Below, one piece after another: positions 58,974 to 64,000 of a stretch of 64,000 bases of DNA; position 1 is the first letter of the stretch, and each line of letters opens with the position of its first letter. This stretch comes from an uncultured Trueperaceae bacterium (GTDB taxonomy: Bacteria; Deinococcota; Deinococci; Deinococcales; Trueperaceae): assembly GCA_963815215.1 (NCBI GenBank), contig CAWFFU010000003.1, forward strand, positions 1 to 64,000, given 5' to 3'. The position numbers and the translations under genes were made by a program. The notes under the pieces were generated by a model. The model saw only the letters and a list, made by a program, of their open reading frames with translations, searched no databases and was not told the DNA's origin.

Positions 58974-60036
58974 GGACGGTGACGAGGACGATCAACGCCA
59001 GTACGGCCATGATGCCGATGAAGTGGAACTGTTCCTCCTGGCCGGGCTTGAACGGCCGGCCCCGGATGGCGACGACGCCCGCCAGAAGCATGCGCCCCCC
59101 GTCCAGGCCGGGGATCGGGAGCAGGTTGAACACCGCCAGCGAGAAGTTGATGATGGCGGCCAGGAACAGGACCGAAGCGATGCCGACGTGGGTGGCCTGG
59201 TTGACCAGCCCGACGATGCCGACGGGACCGGCGACCTCGCTGTTCTGTCGGCCGGTGAGGGCGGCGGCGAACCCCTGCACGAAGCCGCGCACCATCTCGG
59301 GGATCACGCGCACGCCGAACCAGGCCGATTCGGCGAGAGCCTGCGGCGCCGAGACGCCCTCGAAGACCGCGGCCACGTTCACGCCCAGGAGGGGCTTCCC
59401 ATTGGCGTCGGTGAGCACCTTGGCACCTGTCGGGGGCCAGGGGGTGGACACGACGCGGCGCTTGCCGTCGTTCATCAGCGTGAGGGTGAGCTCGTTGGCG
59501 CTGTGGATGGTCTCGACCACCTGTTGCGGCGTGGGGTCCTGGATGCCGTTGAGGCCGACGATGTGGTCGCCCGTACGGATGCCGAGCCGTGCGGCCGGGG
59601 AGCCGTCCATCACGCTCAGCACGGAGCTCCCGCGACCGACGTTGGCGCCGGTCGTGAAGGCGCGGTAGCCGGGCTGCAGCATCACGGCGGTGGTCAGCAG
59701 CACGACCCCCAGCACGAAATTGGCGAGGATGCCGCCCATCAAGATCCAGAGCTTGGCGCCCAACCCCTTCTTGGCCATCCCCTCGTCGGGGTGCTGAAGG
59801 TTGCCGTTCTCGTCCACCTTGGGTGCCATGCCCGGCAGGTCGACGTAGCCGCCGATGGGGAAGACGCCGATGCGCCACTCGGTCCCGCGCCAGCGGCGGC
59901 GCCACACTATGGGGCCCATACCGATGCTGAACGCGCGCACCGGTACGCCGACGCTCCTGGCGTTGAAGAAGTGCGCCCCTTCGTGCACCAGCACGGCGGT
60001 GAACAGGATGAGGATGAAGGTGATGGCTGTCAGCAT
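58945..60036 (-). CDS. rseP: RseP-type M50 intramembrane protease with PDZ domain
   Basis: HEGAH, FSIGMGP, PIGGYV, PDZ domain and NLLPIPGLDGG. Confidence 0.9.
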   Translation of the reverse strand: MLTAITFILILFTAVLVHEGAHFFNARSVGVPVRAFSIGMGPIVWRRRWRGTEWRIGVFPIGGYVDLPGMAPKVDENGNLQHPDEGMAKKGLGAKLWILMGGILANFVLGVVLLTTAVMLQPGYRAFTTGANVGRGSSVLSVMDGSPAARLGIRTGDHIVGLNGIQDPTPQQVVETIHSANELTLTLMNDGKRRVVSTPWPPTGAKVLTDANGKPLLGVNVAAVFEGVSAPQALAESAWFGVRVIPEMVRGFVQGFAAALTGRQNSEVAGPVGIVGLVNQATHVGIASVLFLAAIINFSLAVFNLLPIPGLDGGRMLLAGVVAIRGRPFKPGQEEQFHFIGIMAVLALIVLVTVHEISGLLHG

Positions 60037-60119
60037 GGAGGACTCCGGGCGTCACGCCCTAGCGTCAGTATGGCAGAGGTCGGCCGCCTGCACGGTGGGC
60101 TGCTGTACCGAAGCCGCCC

Positions 60120-61271
60120 TCAGCCGGGCCCGCCCATCGGCCCGCCGCCTCGCGCCACGTCGTCGGGCCCGCCGTGCTCGCGCAGGCGGCGGATCAGATC
60201 GGTCTTGCTGACCACGCCGAGCAACGTGCCGGCAGCGTCCACGACCGCCAGCCGACCGATCTCCCCCTCGCCGATGCGGCGCAGCGCCTCGGTGGCCTCC
60301 TCGTCCGGAGCGATGGTCTCGGCCCGCACCATGACGTCCTCCACGACCCCGTTCTCGTCGCCCTCGCGGGCGTCCTGGAGCCGCGCGAAACCGAGGAGAC
60401 GGCCGCCGTCGTCGACGACGGGGTAGCCGGTATGGCGCCGGAAGAACATGAGCTGCGCGAACTGCGCCAGGGGCATATCGGGCCCGACGGTCACCGGGCC
60501 CGGGGTCATGAGTTCGCGGACGCGGTAGCCCTCGAAGGCGTCGTGGACGATCGCGGCACGCGTCTCGGCATGGCCGGCGTTGTACACGAAGAAGGCGATC
60601 ACCACCAGGAAGAGGTTGAGCGAGAAGAAGCCGTAGATCCCGAGCAGGACCGCGATGACGCTGCCGACGGAGCCGGCCGTGCGGGTGGCTCGGAGGTGGG
60701 GCATGACCAGGGCGAGCAACGAGCGGAGCACCCGGCCGCCGTCCAGCGGCAGCGCCGGTAACAGGTTGAACAGAGCCAGGCCGGCGTTGGTGAGGGTCAG
60801 GTAGGTGAGTACGAAGAGCGTCGCTCCGTGGCCGGCGGCGAGCGGCCAGCTGAGCCAGGTCAGGAGCGCCAGCAAGGCGCTGGTGATGGGGCCGACGATG
60901 GCCACCACGGCCTCGGCCCCGCGCTGCCTGGGCATGGCGCTGAACTGGGCGACGCCGCCGAGGAACCACAGCGTGATCTCGCGCACCTCGACGCCGTATC
61001 TGCGTGCCACGACGGCGTGCCCCAGCTCGTGGACGAGCACGCTCAGGAACAGCCCGACGGCGCCGACGAGGCCCAGCAGGTAGGGGGTGGCACCGTGCTG
61101 CAGTGCAGCGCCGTCGATGGCGATGCCGGCGCGCTGGAACAGCGCCACGTAGCCGGTGATCTGCGAGCCGATCAGGTAGGCGAACAGCGGCAGTACCAGC
61201 AGGAAGGAGGTGTCCAGGCTGACGGGGATGCCCAGCAGCTTGAACGGCAGGTGCAGCGCGTGCCGGAACAT
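60120..61271 (-). CDS. Site-2 protease (M50) with CBS pair
   Basis: HELGH, FNLLPALPLDGG and C-terminal CBS domains. Confidence 0.9.
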   Translation of the reverse strand: MFRHALHLPFKLLGIPVSLDTSFLLVLPLFAYLIGSQITGYVALFQRAGIAIDGAALQHGATPYLLGLVGAVGLFLSVLVHELGHAVVARRYGVEVREITLWFLGGVAQFSAMPRQRGAEAVVAIVGPITSALLALLTWLSWPLAAGHGATLFVLTYLTLTNAGLALFNLLPALPLDGGRVLRSLLALVMPHLRATRTAGSVGSVIAVLLGIYGFFSLNLFLVVIAFFVYNAGHAETRAAIVHDAFEGYRVRELMTPGPVTVGPDMPLAQFAQLMFFRRHTGYPVVDDGGRLLGFARLQDAREGDENGVVEDVMVRAETIAPDEEATEALRRIGEGEIGRLAVVDAAGTLLGVVSKTDLIRRLREHGGPDDVARGGGPMGGPG

Positions 61272-61321
61272 GCTCCACGATAGGGCATGGGGAGGGGGCG
61301 GACTGCAGCCCGGTGGCCGCT

Positions 61322-62476
61322 TCAGGTGGCCGGGCGCCAGGCCTCGGCCAGCGCGCGCGCCGTGGCATCGGCTTCGAGGAGCGCGTCCCAGCCGAGCGCC
61401 TCGGCCGGCGCATCGTCGAGCACGGCGTCGAGCAGGCGCGGGATGTCGGTGAAGCGCAGCGTGCCCGCCAGGAAGCGCGACACCGCGACCTCGTCGGCCG
61501 CGTTGAGGAACGCGGGCGCCAGGCCCCCGAGCTCGCCGGCACGGTAGGCAAGCTGCAAGCTGGGGAAGCGCTCCAGGTCGGGCGCCGCGAAGTCCCAGCG
61601 TCCGCTCAGCGGCAGGGGAGGCAGTGGCGTGGGAGGCCGGTGGGGGGCTTCGAGCGCGTACTGGATCGGGAGGCGCATGTCGTGCGGCCCGATCTGCGCC
61701 TTGATGCTGCCGTCGGCGAAGCGGACCAGGCCGTGTACCAGCGACTGCGGGTGCACCACGACCTCGATGGCCGCGAGCGGCAGGTCGAACAGGAAGTGCG
61801 CCTCGAGGACCTCCAGCCCCTTGTTGAACAGCGTGGCCGAGTCGATGGTGACCTTGCGCCCCATCGACCAGGTGGGGTGGCGCAGCGCCTGCTCCGGGGT
61901 GACCTGAGAGAGATCGGCGGGGCCCACGCGGAACGGACCGCCGGACGCGGTCAACACCAGCGAGCGCACCGCGGCTCGCGGCTCGCCGACGAGCGCTTGG
62001 AACAGCGCCGAGTGCTCCGAGTCGACGGGCGTGATGCGTGCGCCGCTGGCGCCGGCGAGCTCCCACATGAGGGGGCCCGCCACCACCATCGCTTCCTTGT
62101 TGGCCAGCGCCAGGTGGCGGCCGGCACGCAGGGCGGCGGCGGTCGGCGCGAGGCCGTCGAAGCCGGGGATCGCGGCCACCACGGCGTCGGCCTCGTGGAC
62201 GGCCGCCTCGACGAGGCCCTCGGGGCCGGTGGCCAGGCGGGTACCGGCCGGCAGATGGGGGGCCACTCGCTCGGCGACGTCGACGTCGCACACCACCAGC
62301 TCGGGACGGAACTCGGCGGCCTGGGCGACGAGGGCCTCGGCGTTCCGGCCGGCGGTCAGCGCGACCGGCCGGTAGCCCTGCCAGCGGGCGACGTCCAGGG
62401 TCTGTCGGCCGATCGAGCCGGTGGAGCCCAGCACGACGATGCGTTTCGAGGGGCCGGTGGCGCTGCTGCTCGGCAT
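61322..62476 (-). CDS. dxr: 1-deoxy-D-xylulose-5-phosphate reductoisomerase
   Basis: [28 protein letters not shown] and NKGLE motifs. Confidence 0.96.
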   Translation of the reverse strand: MPSSSATGPSKRIVVLGSTGSIGRQTLDVARWQGYRPVALTAGRNAEALVAQAAEFRPELVVCDVDVAERVAPHLPAGTRLATGPEGLVEAAVHEADAVVAAIPGFDGLAPTAAALRAGRHLALANKEAMVVAGPLMWELAGASGARITPVDSEHSALFQALVGEPRAAVRSLVLTASGGPFRVGPADLSQVTPEQALRHPTWSMGRKVTIDSATLFNKGLEVLEAHFLFDLPLAAIEVVVHPQSLVHGLVRFADGSIKAQIGPHDMRLPIQYALEAPHRPPTPLPPLPLSGRWDFAAPDLERFPSLQLAYRAGELGGLAPAFLNAADEVAVSRFLAGTLRFTDIPRLLDAVLDDAPAEALGWDALLEADATARALAEAWRPAT

Positions 62477-62562
62477 GCCTCCATTCTGGCACGCGTCCCG
62501 TCTGGCCCGGCGTTCCTGCACGCCGGGGTGCTATCCTTGAGCGGTTCCGCAAGGAGGAAGGC

Positions 62563-63192
62563 ATGCTTGTTCGTGAGTGGATGACCCCGAATCCCCAGAC
62601 CGTCACCGCCGACACGCCCGTGATGGAAGCCATGCAGCGTCTGCGTGAGGGCGGCTTCCGACGTCTCCCCGTCACTCGCGACGGCAAGCTCATCGGGATC
62701 GTCACCGACCGTGACCTCAAGGAGGCCACGCCTTCGAAGGCGACCACGCTGTCGGTCTACGAACTCAACTACCTGCTGAGCAAGCTCCTCGTGAAGGACG
62801 TCATGAAGGCCCCGGTCATCACCGTGCGGGGCGACGATCCCATCGAGCACGCGGCGCTGCTCATGGAGGAGCATCGCGTCTCGGGTCTGCCGGTTTTGTT
62901 GGGCAGCGAGCTCACCGGGATCGTCACCATCACCGACCTGATGAGGGCCTTCGTGTCGTTCCTGGGCATGCGTGAAGGCGGTATCCGCGTGACCGTCGAT
63001 CTGCCCGACGAGCCCGGCGTGCTCGCCCGGGTGGCCGAGGCGGGCCCGCCCTCCAACATCATCGCGGCGGTGACCACCGGCGTGCAGACCGGCCACCGGC
63101 GCCGGCTGGTGCTGCGGGTGACCGGCGAGGACGCGGAGGGCTTCCCGGAACGCCTGAAGGCCGCATCCGTCGAGATCGTCGACGTTCGCTAG
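62563..63192 (+). CDS. CBS-pair + ACT domain protein (AcuB-like)
   Basis: Two CBS domains, PSKATTLSVYELNYLL, and ACT motif DEPGVLA. Confidence 0.88.
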   Translation: MLVREWMTPNPQTVTADTPVMEAMQRLREGGFRRLPVTRDGKLIGIVTDRDLKEATPSKATTLSVYELNYLLSKLLVKDVMKAPVITVRGDDPIEHAALLMEEHRVSGLPVLLGSELTGIVTITDLMRAFVSFLGMREGGIRVTVDLPDEPGVLARVAEAGPPSNIIAAVTTGVQTGHRRRLVLRVTGEDAEGFPERLKAASVEIVDVR

Positions 63193-63199
63193 GCGCGTC

Positions 63200-63922
63200 G
63201 TGGCCAAGGGATCGGGCTCGCGGGCTCCTGCCGATACCGAGGCGCTCGCCCGCGCCGCGCGCGGCGGTCGGGTCGCGCACACGGCCTTCCTGGAGCCGCC
63301 GGACGCCGACGCCCTGGTGGCCTCGCTGCGTGCGTTGGGTGTGCCGGTGTCGGTGGACGGAGGTGTCAGCGCCGCCCGCAGGCGGGTGGTGGTGGCGCGC
63401 CCGGAGCACGTGCCGGCAGCGACCGTAGGCATGGCGGCGGTGTACTTCGAGGGGGTGGAGGACGCCGACGCTTTGCGCGTGGCGGCGCGCGCCGCCGGTG
63501 TCGATCCGGCCAGCATCGGCGATGCCGTGCGCCATCAGGACGGCATCTCCCTGATCACGCTGGCGCCTCCGCCCGAGCCGCTGCTGACGCTGGCGCGCGT
63601 GGCCGGACGTCCGGTAACGCCGTTGGCCGTGCCGTTGGAACGCGTGGCGGGGGGGAGCGAGCGCGACCTCGAGGTCGTGGTGCCGTCGCTGCGCGTCGAT
63701 GTGCTGGGGGGCAAGGCCTTCCGGGTCTCGCGCAGCTATTTCGCCAAGGGCGTCGCTGCCGGCCGCGTACGCCTCAACGGCGAGCGCGCCGACAAGGGCG
63801 CCACGGCGGGGGTGGGCGACGAGGTCTACGCCGAAGGGCTGGGCCGCTTCCGCATCGTGCGTGTCGAGGGGCAGACGCGCCGCGGCAACCTCAGGGTGAC
63901 GCTGCACGCCGAGCGCGCCTGA
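63200..63922 (+). CDS. YlmH-like S4 RNA-binding protein
   Basis: TAFLEP, and SLRVD..FRVSRS..GRVRLNG..GLGRF S4 domain. Confidence 0.82.
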   Translation: MAKGSGSRAPADTEALARAARGGRVAHTAFLEPPDADALVASLRALGVPVSVDGGVSAARRRVVVARPEHVPAATVGMAAVYFEGVEDADALRVAARAAGVDPASIGDAVRHQDGISLITLAPPPEPLLTLARVAGRPVTPLAVPLERVAGGSERDLEVVVPSLRVDVLGGKAFRVSRSYFAKGVAAGRVRLNGERADKGATAGVGDEVYAEGLGRFRIVRVEGQTRRGNLRVTLHAERA

Positions 63923-63932
63923 GCGCACGCGA

Positions 63933-64000
63933 TCACACCCGCACCTTCTTCCCGCCGCCCTTACCGCGGGACTTGAACACCATGCGGAACGGCACCTCGG
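63933..64000 (-). CDS. 3' end of a gene entering from the right, possibly the Der/EngA GTPase
   Basis: Reads ..EVPFRMVFKSRGKGGGKKVRV*, which resembles the Der C-terminus. Confidence 0.45.
   Translation of the reverse strand, partial: EVPFRMVFKSRGKGGGKKVRV

Overview
A very GC-rich bacterial chromosome segment. Gene content and pervasive leaderless promoters (TANNNT, 6-8 nt, start codon) point to Deinococcota, probably Truepera-like; this is an inference. It is mostly housekeeping: clpC-radA-PIN/TRAM, glyQS, trpS, folC, plsY, recO, topA, recR-ybaB-dnaX, dgt, ispG, pyrD, scpA, typA, menG, mqnD, infC-rpmI-rplT, hisD, rseP and dxr, plus tRNA-Ala(UGC) and tRNA-Leu(CAG). Five things stand out. (1) TopA ends in an extra domain that aligns without gaps to sigma70 region 4 but lacks the -35-reading residues. 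(2) dnaX is split at an A8 slippery run followed by a GC hairpin: the zero frame gives a 591-aa gamma-like product and a -1 shift gives a ~924-aa tau-like product. (3) A frameshifted Thermus/Deinococcus-type plasmid Rep gene with an internal 17-bp inverted repeat lies just 3' of tRNA-Ala, probably the edge of an integrated element. (4) A molybdopterin oxidoreductase has been eroded by three internal deletions that leave a spuriously continuous ORF. (5) infC probably starts at AUA. No CRISPR array, rRNA or transposase was seen. Family calls are motif recognition by eye, not database searches.
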